DNA of 64,000 bases, taken from assembly GCA_963762255.1 (NCBI GenBank), contig CAVXKA010000001.1, forward strand, positions 320,001-384,000. Reading direction: 5' to 3'. The notes beneath the pieces are model-generated. The model was not told the DNA's origin. It did no database searches and saw only the letters and a list, made by a program, of their open reading frames with translations. Below are positions 28,754 to 40,222 of this stretch, one piece after another (positions within the stretch are counted from its first letter, which is position 1; the number at the start of each line of letters is the position of its first letter). The DNA is from Candidatus Eiseniibacteriota bacterium (lineage in GTDB: Bacteria; Eisenbacteria; RBG-16-71-46; JABDJR01). Made by a program: the position numbers and the translations under genes.

Positions 28754-30946
28754 TCAGGCGTCAACGTGGGAGGCATAGAACCCGCGCGCGCGGCGGCGCA
28801 GGGCCTCGGAGGGGGTTACGCGCAGGCCGACGGTCTGCGTGAGCGCATCCAAGCGCGCCGCGATCTCCCCGACCCCGCGCGCGTCGGCGTAGCGCAGCAA
28901 TCCGCCGCGGAAGGGCGGGAAGCCTGTGCCCATGACCATGCCGAGGTCCACGTCGAGCGGCCGCGTCACGATTCCCTCGTCGAGGCAACGCGCGGCCTCG
29001 TTCACCATCGGCAGCACGAGCCGGTCGAGCACGTCGGTCTCGGTGAACGTGCGCCGCACCGGCGAGCCCGCGGCGGCCTGCGCCTCGGGCGACGCGTGCC
29101 GTGCCTTTCCCGGCGCGTAGACGTAGAACCCGCGGCCGCTCTTCCTGCCAAGATCGCCGCGTTCCACCAACCGCCCCAAGGTCGCCTGGCGCGGGAGCCG
29201 GTCGCCGAATTCCATCTCCACGACGTGCGTGACCTTGTCGGCCACGTCGAGGCCGATCTGATCCAGAAGCGCGAACGGTCCCATCGGCATGCCGAACGCG
29301 GTGAGCACGTCGTCGATCATCTCCGGATCCGCACCGCTTTCGAAGAGCGCGAGCGCCTCGCCGAGGTAGAACGCCAGAAGCCGGTTCACCAGGAAACCCG
29401 GGCCGTCCTTCACCAGGATCGGCGTCTTGCCCAGATCGAGCGCGAGCCGGTACGCGGTGGCCACCGCCCATGCCGCGCTCTTCGGTCCCGCCACCACTTC
29501 GACCAGCGGCATGCGGTCCACCGGATTGAAGAAGTGGAGGCCGACGATGCGCTCCGGACGAAGCGCGTCTCTCGCGATGTCGGCCACGCGCAAGGACGAT
29601 GTGTTGGTCGCGAGCACGGCGTCGTCGCCCATCACCGCCTCGAGTTCGTTCATCACCTTGCGCTTCACATCGAGGTTCTCGTTCACCGCTTCGATGCCGA
29701 CCTGCGCGAGATGGAAACCCGTGTAGTCGAGTGTGAAGGAGAGTCTCTCCAGGCGACGGTCGCGTTCGGCGGCGGTGAGGCGGCGGCGGCGCACGCTCTT
29801 CGACCAGATCCCGGCCGCGGTGTCGAGCGCCCCGGCCAGCGCGGGCGCGGCGATGTCCTTCACGCGGATGGGGAGCCCGCCCTCCGCGGCGAGCCATGCG
29901 ATGCCCCCGCCCATCACGCCCGCGCCGACGACGGCCAGCCGTTTCACGTCGCGCGCCTGGTCGAGATCGAGGCCTGCCGGCTGTTTCGATTGTCCGGAAA
30001 TCTTGAAGAGCCACGTCAAATTCTTACTGGTATCGGTGACGATGGCCTCGCCGAGGAGCCGCGCTTCGTTGCGATACGCCGCGATCTCGCCCATGTGAAA
30101 GCCCGCCGACACCGACTCCATCGCCAGATGCGGCGCGGGATAGTGCTCGCGCGGAGCCGCCTTGGCGAACGCGCCCCGCGCCTTGCCGAATACGAAATTG
30201 CGCAGGAGCGGTACCGCGGCGATCACGCGCTCCTTGCGGCCCGGCCGGTGCGGCGCGAGCTTGCGCGTGCCGAGGAGCACCTCGCGCGCCACTGCGCGTC
30301 CCATGCCGGACGGCACGAGCGCGTCCACCAGGCCGCGCTTGAACGCGGCCTTCGCCGGCACCGTCTTGCCGGCAAGGATGATGTCGAGCGCGGTCGGGAT
30401 CCCGACGCGCCTCGGCAGGCGCTGCGTCCCGCCGAAACCGGGAAGGATGCCGAGGCGCACTTCCGGGAGGCCCACCTTCACCGCGTCCACGTTCTCCGCG
30501 ATGCGCCAGGTGCAGGCGAGGGCAAGTTCGTAGCCGCCGCCCAGACACGGGCCGGTGATGACCGCCGCCGTCGGCCGCGGGAAGCGCGCGATGGCTTCGA
30601 ACACCGCCTGCCCGTAGGCCGCCTTCTCCGCGCCGAGCCGCGCATCCGTGATGCCGGCGATCTCGTTGACGTCGGCGCCCGCGATGAACATGCCCGGCTT
30701 GTCGCTCGCGAACACCAGCGCCTTTACCCCGCGTCGCTGTGCCTCGTCGAGCGCGTCGCGCAGCGCTTCCATTACCGGGGTGCCGAGCTTGTTGATCTTC
30801 TCGCCGGGCAGATCGAACAGGATCCAGCCGATGCCGTCCTCGTCCACATGGAGCAGCACACCGGAGGCAGGCGGTTCCGCTGCCGGGCGCTCGAAATCGA
30901 GCCGGATCTGCGGAGGAGCACCGGACGGCCCGCGCGGATCGATCAT
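28754..30946 (-). CDS. fadJ: Fatty-acid oxidation complex alpha subunit (enoyl-CoA hydratase/3-hydroxyacyl-CoA dehydrogenase)
   Basis: FIAGAD, CLGGGYELALAC, GLPEV.LGILPGFGGT, GAGVMGGG, NTSSL, HFFNPV, GFPPFRGG. Confidence 0.92.
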   Translation of the reverse strand: MIDPRGPSGAPPQIRLDFERPAAEPPASGVLLHVDEDGIGWILFDLPGEKINKLGTPVMEALRDALDEAQRRGVKALVFASDKPGMFIAGADVNEIAGITDARLGAEKAAYGQAVFEAIARFPRPTAAVITGPCLGGGYELALACTWRIAENVDAVKVGLPEVRLGILPGFGGTQRLPRRVGIPTALDIILAGKTVPAKAAFKRGLVDALVPSGMGRAVAREVLLGTRKLAPHRPGRKERVIAAVPLLRNFVFGKARGAFAKAAPREHYPAPHLAMESVSAGFHMGEIAAYRNEARLLGEAIVTDTSKNLTWLFKISGQSKQPAGLDLDQARDVKRLAVVGAGVMGGGIAWLAAEGGLPIRVKDIAAPALAGALDTAAGIWSKSVRRRRLTAAERDRRLERLSFTLDYTGFHLAQVGIEAVNENLDVKRKVMNELEAVMGDDAVLATNTSSLRVADIARDALRPERIVGLHFFNPVDRMPLVEVVAGPKSAAWAVATAYRLALDLGKTPILVKDGPGFLVNRLLAFYLGEALALFESGADPEMIDDVLTAFGMPMGPFALLDQIGLDVADKVTHVVEMEFGDRLPRQATLGRLVERGDLGRKSGRGFYVYAPGKARHASPEAQAAAGSPVRRTFTETDVLDRLVLPMVNEAARCLDEGIVTRPLDVDLGMVMGTGFPPFRGGLLRYADARGVGEIAARLDALTQTVGLRVTPSEALRRRARGFYASHVDA

Positions 30947-32235
30947 GCGCGCTCCAAGAGGACAGCGCCGCCCTGGCCGCCGCCGATACAAAGGGTGACG
31001 AGGCCCAACTCCACGTCGCGACGGCGCATCTCGAGGAGCGCCGTCAGGACGAGCCGCGCGCCGGTCGCGCCCACCGGATGGCCGAGCGCGATCGCTCCGC
31101 CGTTCACGTTGAGCCGGTCGGGATCGATGGCCCCGATCGCGCGGGACCGGCCCAGTTCGTCGCGCGCGAACGCATCGGAAGCAAAGGCCTTCAGATTCGC
31201 GAGCACGACGGCGGCGAATGCCTCGTTCATCTCGACGAGACCGATGCGGCGCATATCCACGCCGGCGCGGTCCAACGCGCGCGCCGTCGCGAAGGCGGGG
31301 CCGAGACCCATGCGCGCGGGTGAGAGCGCCGCAAATTCGGTGGACCGAATCCAACCCAGCACGGGGAGCCCGCGCTCCCGCACCGCACGCTCGGAGGCCA
31401 GCACGAGCGCGGCCGCGCCGTCCGTAATCTGGCTCGCATTGCCCGCGGTGACGGTGCCGTAGCGGCGATCGAAGGCGGGCGCGAGCTTGGCGAGCGCCGC
31501 CATCGATTGCTCGTGGCGCAGTCCGACGTCCTCCGCCGCGAACTTGCGGTAGTCGGGCGGGAGTGGCACCGGCGTGATCTCGGGGGCCAGGCGCCCCTCC
31601 TTCTGCGCCGCGGACGCCAGCTCGTGACTGCGCAGCGCGAACGCGTCCTGCTCCTCGCGCGAGAGATGAAACTCGCGCGCGAGCACCTCGGCGGTCTCCC
31701 CCATGTTGAGCCCGCAGAAGTTGTCGGTGAGGCCGACCACGAGACCCAGGATCGGCTTGAAATCGGCGGCGCGGAACCCGGCGAAGGCCCCGAGCCGCGC
31801 CGGCAGGCTGCGCGCGCGCATGACGCGCTCGAGCTTGCCCTTCATCGACTCCGGAAAGAGGAGCGGGATCAGCGACATCGATTCGGTGCCGCCCGCCGCG
31901 ATCAGGTGCGCGCGCCCCGTCTCGATGCGCAGCATCGCGTCGGCGATCGCCTGCAGCGCCGAGCCGCAATTGCGGTTCACGGTGTAGGCGGACGTAGAAA
32001 GCGGACACCCCGCGCGCAGTGCGACCACACGCGCGATGTTGGTGGCGTCGGCGGGCTGCGCGATGTTGCCGAAGATGACCTCGTCGAGATCCTCCGGCGC
32101 CACCCCGGCGCGCTCCATCGCTTCGCGCAACGCCACACGACCCAGTTCGCAAGCGGGGACCCGCTTCTGCACGGACCCGGCCTTGGTGAACGGGGTCCGC
32201 GCTCCGGCGACGACGGCGATTCGCAGCGTGCTCAT
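30943..32235 (-). CDS. fadI: 3-ketoacyl-CoA thiolase
   Basis: RTPF, NRNCGS, TAGNAS.ITDGA, NEAFA, GHPVGATG, CIGGGQG. Confidence 0.92.
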   Translation of the reverse strand: MSTLRIAVVAGARTPFTKAGSVQKRVPACELGRVALREAMERAGVAPEDLDEVIFGNIAQPADATNIARVVALRAGCPLSTSAYTVNRNCGSALQAIADAMLRIETGRAHLIAAGGTESMSLIPLLFPESMKGKLERVMRARSLPARLGAFAGFRAADFKPILGLVVGLTDNFCGLNMGETAEVLAREFHLSREEQDAFALRSHELASAAQKEGRLAPEITPVPLPPDYRKFAAEDVGLRHEQSMAALAKLAPAFDRRYGTVTAGNASQITDGAAALVLASERAVRERGLPVLGWIRSTEFAALSPARMGLGPAFATARALDRAGVDMRRIGLVEMNEAFAAVVLANLKAFASDAFARDELGRSRAIGAIDPDRLNVNGGAIALGHPVGATGARLVLTALLEMRRRDVELGLVTLCIGGGQGGAVLLERA

Positions 32236-32342
32236 GGCGAGCCCGATTGTGCCGCGATCGCGAGGATTTCGCCAGAGGGAAGCGAAGCGGTATGATCCCC
32301 GCCGTTCCGGAGCGGGAGTCGCCCGGCGGAGGACATGCCAAG

Positions 32343-35009
32343 GTGCTCAACGCGGTCGTCATTCTGGAAGCGCTTCTCTTGATCGCGGCAGCGGTGTGGA
32401 CGTGGCGCCGCGCGCGGCCCGTCGCCGCGCCGTACAAGCGGCCACTCCTCACCGCCCTGGTCTGGATCCTCGTCCAGGGCGGATTGCTCGCCGCGGGCTA
32501 TTACGCGTTCCTGAGCCGGCTCGAAGCGACGGGACCGGACATGGCGTCGCGGATCGGGAGCGCCGCGTGGCCGCTCTACGCGATTCAAGTTCTGCGTGCG
32601 CTGGCGTTGCTCCTCGCCATCGGGGCGTGCCTGCAAATCGTCAGGGGAACGGGTCTTCATCGGAGACGGATGGTCCTGCTCGCCGCAGCGCTCCTTGTCT
32701 CCTGGTTCGCCCCGTTCCCGGGCAGCGTCTTCCTGTTCATCCTGCTCCTGCGTATGAAGTGGGTGGAAGCGTTGCACGGCTGGGGGCGGGCGGCGGCGCT
32801 GGGCGGGGCGCTTGCCGCGTTCCTGGCGCTCCTGATCTGGCCCGTCACCCGCGTGGCGGGGGGCACGGCCCAGACGACGCTGTACGGGTTGACCGACGAG
32901 CGCGCGGTGTCGCTCCTCCAGGGTGAACTGCCTCCCGACGCTCTCGTCCCGACCGCGCTCGCGCGTCCGTTCGACTTTGCGTTCCGATTCTTCGCCAACA
33001 TCCTGCGCGCGCAGGCAGCAGTCCTCGTCCTCCAGCTCCTCTCACTGCCCGTCCACTTGCGTAGCGTGAGCTTGAAGCGCCGGTTCAGCATCGCGTTCAG
33101 CCTCTACCGAGTGATCCCGGGGCTCCTGACCAGTCTCGTCATGCTGGCGGGCGTGTACTTCGGGCTCGGCCTCTACAAGTCGCGCGGCGTCAATCACGCG
33201 TTCTTCGATACGATCCGAAGCGCGCAGACCGCGGCCGGGCTCGTGCTCTCAGCGGACACGACGGGCGCGATCGACGAAGCGGCGGCGGCGGAGACAGCGA
33301 TCGCTTGCCGGCCGTGGCTGACCGACGGTGAGGCGACCGCATACTTCGTGCTTCGTCGGGTCGAAGTCCCCGCGACACCGGTGGTGCCGCCGGACAGCCT
33401 CGCCGAGGTCCGCCTCACCACGCTCGCCGCGTGGAGTTCCCCCGGCACACCCGACGATCTCGTGCGCGCCAACCTCTACGGCGCGGGCGAAGTGGATACA
33501 GTGGGGGGACTTTTTCAGGCAGGCGAGCGCTTCTACCTCGCCGCCGCGCTCGCGCGCAAGTCCTCGGGGGAGGCGCTGGTGAGCGAGGTCTACGTCCCCG
33601 TCGATTCGCTCTACCTGGAAGTCCTGGCCGAACGCGTGGGCGTGGACATCCGAATGCGGAGCCTGCCCGGCGTGCGCATCTCGTCCACCACGGTGCAGGT
33701 CGGCGACGACAGCGCGATCGAAGCCGAGGTGGAGGGACCGGCACTCGCCGAGAGCCCGCGCACGCCAGCCTTCACCGTCTCCGCTGCATTCGGCGAGGAG
33801 GGTGACGGCCTCTTGCGCACCAAGCGCCTCGTGGCGCGGCAGTTTCTGCCCATTCTGGACTGGCGACATGAAGCCGAGGAATCCTCCGGCTCGACCGCCC
33901 TGCTGACGCTCTCCACATCGCCGGCGCTCTTGCTTGGCGGGATCGTAAGCGCGCCGTACGTGCTCTCGTCGAATATCTTCGCGATCGGGCTCTTTTTGGC
34001 CGTCCTTCTCCTGTTCACCATCGCCGAGTCCTCCGCGGTGCGCACGGGACGGAGCATCATCGACGGAATCCTCGAGGACGCGAAGAGCCTTGCTACGGCC
34101 GCCGGACGCTTCGGCTCTGGCGATCTCGACTATCGCATCCCCGATCCGGGCAAGGACGAACTCGGGCAGCTCGCCTCTGCATTCAACTCCATGGCGGCCG
34201 ACTTGAAGCTGCGTCAGGAGGAGTTGATCGAGAAAGAGCGGCTCGAGGCCGATCTCGCGCTGGCTCGCCGAATCCAGGAGCGGCTCCTGCCGCAGGGCCC
34301 GCCGTCGGTGGCGGGACTCGATGTGGCCGGCGTCGCCATCCCGAGCCTTGAGGTCGGGGGCGATCTTTTCCACTTCTTGCCGCTCAAGGGCGATCGCCTC
34401 GGACTCGCCATCGGCGACGTCTCCGGCAAGAGCATCCCCGCCGCGCTCCTCATGTCCAGCGCGCTGGCGATCCTGCGCGCCACGACGAGGTTGGAGAGCG
34501 ATGTCGCCGACGTGCTCACGCAGATGAACGCGTTGATCGCGGAGCAGGTGGAGCCGGGCCGGTTCCTCACCTTCTTCTACGGTGTTGTGGATCCGCACGC
34601 GCGTAAGATCCGCTATGCCTGCGCGGGTCACAACCCGCCGCTCGTCGTGCGGGCCGACAGCACGACGGAGTGGCTCGAGCACGGCGGGCTCGCGTTGGGC
34701 ATCCTCCCCGACACGACCTATACCGCAGCGGAAATCGCGCTAGGTCCTGGAGATGTGTTCGTGCTCTATTCGGACGGCCTCACCGAGGCCTCGCGGCCCA
34801 TGCCCGGCCTGACCGAAGCGGCGTCGCCCGACGAAACGGAATACTTCGGCGAGGAGCGGCTGCTGGCGGCGGCGAGAGCGCGTCACACCGAAAGCGCGAA
34901 GGAGATCCTCGACGGCCTGGTGTCGGCGGTGCATGCGTTCGCGGGGGACGCTCCGCAGTCGGACGATCTCACCGTGGTGGTGGTCAAGGTGCGAAGCGAA
35001 ACCGCGTGA
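32343..35009 (+). CDS. Membrane PP2C/SpoIIE (RsbU-like) phosphatase with HAMP domain
   Basis: N-terminal TMs, periplasmic region, HAMP (DELGQLA.AFN.M), VGGD, GDVSGK, AGHNPP, YSDGLTEA, QSDDLT; GTG start after GGAGG (alternative ATG at 32292). Confidence 0.88.
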   Translation: MLNAVVILEALLLIAAAVWTWRRARPVAAPYKRPLLTALVWILVQGGLLAAGYYAFLSRLEATGPDMASRIGSAAWPLYAIQVLRALALLLAIGACLQIVRGTGLHRRRMVLLAAALLVSWFAPFPGSVFLFILLLRMKWVEALHGWGRAAALGGALAAFLALLIWPVTRVAGGTAQTTLYGLTDERAVSLLQGELPPDALVPTALARPFDFAFRFFANILRAQAAVLVLQLLSLPVHLRSVSLKRRFSIAFSLYRVIPGLLTSLVMLAGVYFGLGLYKSRGVNHAFFDTIRSAQTAAGLVLSADTTGAIDEAAAAETAIACRPWLTDGEATAYFVLRRVEVPATPVVPPDSLAEVRLTTLAAWSSPGTPDDLVRANLYGAGEVDTVGGLFQAGERFYLAAALARKSSGEALVSEVYVPVDSLYLEVLAERVGVDIRMRSLPGVRISSTTVQVGDDSAIEAEVEGPALAESPRTPAFTVSAAFGEEGDGLLRTKRLVARQFLPILDWRHEAEESSGSTALLTLSTSPALLLGGIVSAPYVLSSNIFAIGLFLAVLLLFTIAESSAVRTGRSIIDGILEDAKSLATAAGRFGSGDLDYRIPDPGKDELGQLASAFNSMAADLKLRQEELIEKERLEADLALARRIQERLLPQGPPSVAGLDVAGVAIPSLEVGGDLFHFLPLKGDRLGLAIGDVSGKSIPAALLMSSALAILRATTRLESDVADVLTQMNALIAEQVEPGRFLTFFYGVVDPHARKIRYACAGHNPPLVVRADSTTEWLEHGGLALGILPDTTYTAAEIALGPGDVFVLYSDGLTEASRPMPGLTEAASPDETEYFGEERLLAAARARHTESAKEILDGLVSAVHAFAGDAPQSDDLTVVVVKVRSETA

Positions 35010-35688
35010 GATCCTCGTCCCCGGTCGCGATCTTCACCGGCCCGCCGTCCGCGCGGTAGAGCGCGACAAAGAACTGCTTTCCGGTCGGGAGCGTGTCGAT
35101 GCGCCGCCGGACCGCGCTCAAGCCGGCGGCCGCCGCGAGCTCGTCGAGTCGCTCCGGCGGCACCAGATGCAGGCACGGCTCCAACACCCGCACGCTGGTG
35201 AAGGGCGTCTCGGTGACAGGAGCGTGCTCGCCGAACGGGAGCTGCAAGACCACCGAGAGCATCCCACCGCGACGTAGCCAGCTAGCGAACTTGCCCACGA
35301 CGTCCTCGGGCGGGACGTATTCGAGTAAGAGCGCGCAGTGGACCAGGTCCAGGGAATCGAAGGCGAGCGAAGGATCGCGCACATCCGCGCAGACCAACTC
35401 GAGCCCGTGCAGACGGTCCGCGAATCGCTCGCCGAGTGTGCCCAGGTACTCCGGATGGATGTCGATACCCACGATTCGCGCGGTCTCGGTCGGGATGTGC
35501 TCGAATCCGTTGCCGGTCGTGCAACCGGGGACGGCCAGCGCAGCCGGGCGCGTCTCGGCAAGCACTTCGCGAAGCACTTCGTTGAGATAGCCGAGCTGCT
35601 GCACCGCGGGGCTGGCCATGTGCCCTTCATAGTCCGCGACGGGAATGGAGAGCCAGGGGTTACGGTCGGGCCCGGTCACGGTGTCCAC
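34984..35688 (-). CDS. Class I SAM-dependent methyltransferase
   Basis: NPWL.IP..DYEGHM, PGCTTGNG, GIDI, ALLLEYV. Confidence 0.78.
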   Translation of the reverse strand: MDTVTGPDRNPWLSIPVADYEGHMASPAVQQLGYLNEVLREVLAETRPAALAVPGCTTGNGFEHIPTETARIVGIDIHPEYLGTLGERFADRLHGLELVCADVRDPSLAFDSLDLVHCALLLEYVPPEDVVGKFASWLRRGGMLSVVLQLPFGEHAPVTETPFTSVRVLEPCLHLVPPERLDELAAAAGLSAVRRRIDTLPTGKQFFVALYRADGGPVKIATGDEDLTRFRFAP

Positions 35689-37541
35689 GCCGCCTTGAGG
35701 TAGATCTCCCCCGTCGACGCCGACAGCACGCGGGTCAGCTCGCCGTTCTCCACCGGGGTCTCGATATTGGCCCCGGTCTCAGCGTCGTACTGGTACCACG
35801 TCCCCGAGGTCGGGAACTCGATCGTCATCTCGTGGTCCTCGTGGTCGAAATTCAGCGCGACCACGACGTCCGTGTTCGCTGCGTTCTGCCCGACGAAGCG
35901 CCAGTAGTTGATCGTCTTGTTCTCCTGGCAGAGGCTCTGGTCCGTGTTCCAATTCGGACAGAAGAACTCGACCCGCCCCGACGCCAGCGAGGGGTGACCG
36001 AGCCGCAGACGGATCAGGTTCCGGTACACCAAGCGAACGCTGGCGTCTCCCTCGCTCCAATGCAGCTTGTTGGGCGCGGGATCGTCCGGGATGAACGACT
36101 TGTCGCCGATCTCCTCGCCCATGTAGAACATGGGCATCCCGGTCGCGGTGAACAGCGCGAGCGCGCCCAGCTTGGCCTTGCGCAGGCCGCCCAGGGTCTT
36201 GGCCTCGGCGGAGCCGTCGCGTTCGACTTCATCCACCAGGTGACGCTCGTCGTGGCTGACGATGTAGCGCACCGACATGTACGGCGCGGACAGGTACGGA
36301 ACCGGAGAGAGCACGTTGGACAGACCCCACATCGGGTTGCTCTCCGTCTCGAACGAGCCCCGTCCGGTGACCCAGGTCCGCCCGATGTAGGGACCCTCCT
36401 TGAGCAGGGCCATCACGATGTTCTGGAAATTGTTGGCGAGCCCGCCCCAGCGATCGGTGTGCTGGCCGCCCCACTGGGCATCGAAACCGGCCTTGCTGAT
36501 GGCGTCGTTGGGCGGATAGTAGAAGTCCTCTGCGATGAGAAGAAATTTCGGATGGCGCGCCTTGATCTCGTCCCGCCACCACTTGTATCCGACGTAATCC
36601 TCGGGCACGACCGTGTCCATTCGAAACCCGTCCACCCCATACTGCTCGATCCAGAAGAGCGCGACGTCGAGCAGAAACTGCCGGCACGCCGGAGAGAACC
36701 AGTTGAGATCGCGCATCCCCCAGTCGGCGCCGGTGGTCTGTTGATAGTTGATATAGGTGCCGGGGGTTCCGGTCTCGTCGATGGCCTGGAGCGGCGCGCC
36801 GTCACCGAGATGATTGAACTCCAGGTCGAGGATCACCGCCATGCCATGCGCGTGCGCCGCGTCCACCAACCGGCCGAGATCCTCCGGGGTTCCGTAGTCG
36901 GGATTCACGGCGAAGAAGTGGGCGGGGTTGTAGCCCCAGGTGAAGCCCGGCGCCGCGGCCGTCACCGGCATCAACTCGATCGCGTTGACACCCAAGTCCG
37001 CGAGCGCGGGCGCGCCCCCTTCGATGCCGTCGATCACCCCCTGGAAATCGCCCGAAGCGCTGAAGTCGTGAACGAAGAGCTCGTAGATGACGAGGCGGTT
37101 GGGATCGACGACGCCGTCGAAGGGCGCGGTGGGCGCAGGGAGCGGCTCTCCGAACACCGCGTTGTAGCTCCCCAGGCTGTCGCTCGCGATGCGCGTGACG
37201 CGCGGATCCACGATGGCCCGCGTGACGTCCCCGAACGGGTTCTTGAGGACGAACCTGTACTGGTGGACCCCCTCGATCTCGAACTTGATGCGCCAGGTCG
37301 TGCTGTCGGGATCGAGGGTCATCCGGTACGCGCTATCGGCCTCGGCCCAGGCGTTGAAGTCGCCGGAGAGATAGACCGCCGGGACTCCCGGAGCGACGAG
37401 CGTGAACTCGGTGCGCGTGTCGGGAGGGGGCGGGGGCTCGGTCGTCTTCTTGTCTCCACAGCCCGCGAGGGCGATCGCGAGGCCGACGGCCGCGGCGAGA
37501 ATGGCAACGAGTAACGCAGGACGGACGAAGCGCCTCGCCAT
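35676..37541 (-). CDS. GH13 alpha-amylase-family lipoprotein with N-terminal CBM48-like domain
   Basis: Lipobox LAGC; GDFNAW; IYEL, LGVNAIELMP, WGYNP, DGFRMD, AEDF, SHDE catalytic motifs. Confidence 0.88.
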   Translation of the reverse strand: MARRFVRPALLVAILAAAVGLAIALAGCGDKKTTEPPPPPDTRTEFTLVAPGVPAVYLSGDFNAWAEADSAYRMTLDPDSTTWRIKFEIEGVHQYRFVLKNPFGDVTRAIVDPRVTRIASDSLGSYNAVFGEPLPAPTAPFDGVVDPNRLVIYELFVHDFSASGDFQGVIDGIEGGAPALADLGVNAIELMPVTAAAPGFTWGYNPAHFFAVNPDYGTPEDLGRLVDAAHAHGMAVILDLEFNHLGDGAPLQAIDETGTPGTYINYQQTTGADWGMRDLNWFSPACRQFLLDVALFWIEQYGVDGFRMDTVVPEDYVGYKWWRDEIKARHPKFLLIAEDFYYPPNDAISKAGFDAQWGGQHTDRWGGLANNFQNIVMALLKEGPYIGRTWVTGRGSFETESNPMWGLSNVLSPVPYLSAPYMSVRYIVSHDERHLVDEVERDGSAEAKTLGGLRKAKLGALALFTATGMPMFYMGEEIGDKSFIPDDPAPNKLHWSEGDASVRLVYRNLIRLRLGHPSLASGRVEFFCPNWNTDQSLCQENKTINYWRFVGQNAANTDVVVALNFDHEDHEMTIEFPTSGTWYQYDAETGANIETPVENGELTRVLSASTGEIYLKAAWTP

Positions 37542-37550
37542 GGCGATTCC

Positions 37551-38772
37551 TTATTTCCCCGCCGGCGCGTACCGAGCGGCCACGTACTCATCGAGGATGC
37601 GCAGGAAGTCGGCGACCAGCGTGGGGCCCTTGAGCGTGAGCTTGAGCGCGCCGTCCACAAAGACCGGCGCCTTCGGCTCCTCACCGTTTCCGGGAAGCGA
37701 GATGCCGATATCGGCGTGCTTGGATTCGCCCGGGCCGTTCACCACGCATCCCATGACCGCCACCTGGAGCCGTTCCACGCCGGGATACGCGCGCCGCCAC
37801 TCCGTCATGCGGGAGCGGACGTGACTCTGGATCTCCTCGGCCAGTTCCTGAAAGTAGGTGCTGGTCGTGCGGCCGCAACCGGGGCAGGCGGTCACCTGCG
37901 GCTCGAAGTGGCGGAGCCCCATCGTCTGCAGGATCTGGCGACAGACCTGCACTTCCTCGGTGCGGTCGCCGCCGGGTCGCGGGGTGAGGCTCACGCGAAT
38001 GGTGTCGCCGATCCCCTCGTGCAGCAGCACTCCCAGCCCGGCGGCCGAGGCCACGATCCCCCGCACGCCCATGCCGGCCTCGGTGAGGCCCAGATGAAGC
38101 GGATAGTCGCAGCGATGCGCCAGCTCGCGGTAGACGTCCACGAGGTCGGGCACACGCGAAACCTTGGCGGAGAGAACGATGCGATCGTGCCCCAGGCCGT
38201 ACTCCTCGGCCAGCTCCGCCGAGACCATCGCGCTTTGTACCATCGCCTCGATCAGGATCGCGGACGCGTCGCGCGGCTCCGCCGCTGTCCGAGTTCTCAT
38301 CCATGAGCCTGGCGAGGAGCGCCTGATCGAGCGAGCCCCAGTTCACTCCGATGCGCACCGGCTTGCCGTGCTCGACCGCCGCTTCGATGATGCGCCGGAA
38401 GTTGGCGTCGTGGTGGCGACCCTGGCCCACGTTGCCGGGGTTGACGCGGTACTTGTCGAGCGCGCGCGCGCAGTCGGGAACCTCGCCGAGGAGCAAGTGC
38501 CCGTTGTAGTGGAAATCGCCCACCAGCGGCGCTGCGACCCCCGCGTCGTCGAGGCGGCGGCGGATCTCCGGCACCGCTTCGGCGGCCTTGCGCGTGTTGA
38601 CGGTGACGCGCACTAACTCGCTTCCCGCGCGGGCGAGATCGATCACCTGGGCCGCGGTGGACGCGGCATCCTCGGTGTCGGTGTTGGTCATGGACTGCAC
38701 CACGACCGGATGACCGGCGCCGATGGGTATACCGCCTACCCAGCAGGTCGGGGTGGCGCGCCGCGCGATCAC
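37551..38772 (-). CDS. ispG: (E)-4-hydroxy-3-methylbut-2-enyl-diphosphate synthase, apparent +1 frameshift near 38290
   Basis: [32 protein letters not shown] in one frame; [37 protein letters not shown] in the next. Confidence 0.92.
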
Positions 38773-40181
38773 GGGAACACGCCGAGTTCGAGATAGGCCT
38801 GCGCGACCTTCTCGATGGCGATGGTGAAGGCCGAGGTGCGGAGCGTCGTGATGCGGTCGTCCCTGAGCATACGCTCGGCGATTTCGTGGAACGCCGTGGC
38901 CATCGTCTCCTCGAGGCCCGAGTAGACGATGTCTTCCTCACGCGCGCCGTGCACCACCATCGCCCGCATCTCCGGAGTCAGCTTCTTGCCGGTCAGTTCC
39001 TCCAGCGCGGTCACGATGTGGCCCTGCGACGCCTCCTGGAAGCGCTTGTCCATGCGCCCGAAGCGCACATGCGAGAGGTTCTTGAGCCACTCGAAATAGG
39101 AAACGGTGACGCCGCCCGCGTTGAGGTAGAGATCGGGGATGACCACCCTTCCGCGCTCGAACAGCACGTCGGCCGCGTCGAAGGTGGTTGGACCGTTGGC
39201 GCCCTCGGCCACGACCTTCGCCTGGATCCGGGGCGCGTTCTCGCTGGTGATCTGCTGCTCCAGAGCCGCGGGGACGAGAATGTCGCACTCCTGCTCGAGC
39301 ACGGCGGCGGGATCCGGGATCGACACGGCGCCGGGGAAGCCCAGGATCGACCGGGTCTCTCTCCAGTACGCCATGACCTCTTCGAGTGCGAGCCCGTTCG
39401 GGTTCACGAGCGTTCCGTCCCGCTCGGAGAGCGCCACCAGCTTGCAGCCGGACTCGGCGAGGAACTTCGCCGCGTAGTAGCCGACGTTGCCGAGTCCCTG
39501 CACGGCGACCCGCTTCCCTTCGAGGCCCACCGGCATGCCCAGCTTCTTCATGAGCTGGCCGTGGTTGAGGCACTCGCGGATGCCGTAGAACACGCCGAGG
39601 CCGGTCGCCTCGCGGCGGCCGCGGATGCCGCCCTGGCTCACCGGCTTCCCGGTCACCGCGGCGTCGGCGTTGATATCACCGGGGTGGAACGTAGCATAGG
39701 TATCCACCATCCACGCCATCTCGCGCTCGCCGGTCCCGTAATCGGGAGCGGGGACGTCGATGCCGGGGCCGATGAAGTTCTTCTTGCACAGTTCCGCGGT
39801 GTAGCGACGGGTGATGGTTTCGATCTCGGCGTCGGTGTACTTGGGAACGCTGATCTTCACGCCCCCCTTCGCCCCGCCGAACGGCGCGTCCACGATCGCG
39901 CACTTGTAGGTCATGAGCGCGGCCAGCGCCATCACTTCGTCCTGGTCCACCATCTGGCTGAAGCGGATGCCGCCCTTGGTGGGAAGCCGGTGGTGGCTGT
40001 GCTCCACCCGCCAGGCGTGGATGACCTCGTAGGTGCCGTCCCGCTTTTTCAGGGGGAATTGCATGAAGTAGACGCTATTGCAGGAGCGGATCTGATCGAG
40101 CAGCCCCTGGGGGTAGTCGAGCAGGGCCGCGGCGCGATCGAAACTGCGGTTGACGTCGCCGAAGAAACTGGTCTTGGACAC
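38769..40181 (-). CDS. gdhA: Glu/Leu/Phe/Val dehydrogenase (glutamate dehydrogenase)
   Basis: [54 protein letters not shown]. Confidence 0.92.
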   Translation of the reverse strand: MSKTSFFGDVNRSFDRAAALLDYPQGLLDQIRSCNSVYFMQFPLKKRDGTYEVIHAWRVEHSHHRLPTKGGIRFSQMVDQDEVMALAALMTYKCAIVDAPFGGAKGGVKISVPKYTDAEIETITRRYTAELCKKNFIGPGIDVPAPDYGTGEREMAWMVDTYATFHPGDINADAAVTGKPVSQGGIRGRREATGLGVFYGIRECLNHGQLMKKLGMPVGLEGKRVAVQGLGNVGYYAAKFLAESGCKLVALSERDGTLVNPNGLALEEVMAYWRETRSILGFPGAVSIPDPAAVLEQECDILVPAALEQQITSENAPRIQAKVVAEGANGPTTFDAADVLFERGRVVIPDLYLNAGGVTVSYFEWLKNLSHVRFGRMDKRFQEASQGHIVTALEELTGKKLTPEMRAMVVHGAREEDIVYSGLEETMATAFHEIAERMLRDDRITTLRTSAFTIAIEKVAQAYLELGVFP

Positions 40182-40222
40182 TCAGAGGCCTCCGGTTGGG
40201 GAAGAAACGGCGGCGAAGGGTA

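Noticed and set aside
38280-38300. Frameshift in ispG as real inactivation or recoding
   Set aside because: Both halves are fully conserved, the MEP enzyme is normally essential, there is no slippery sequence, and it is again a single-base insertion.
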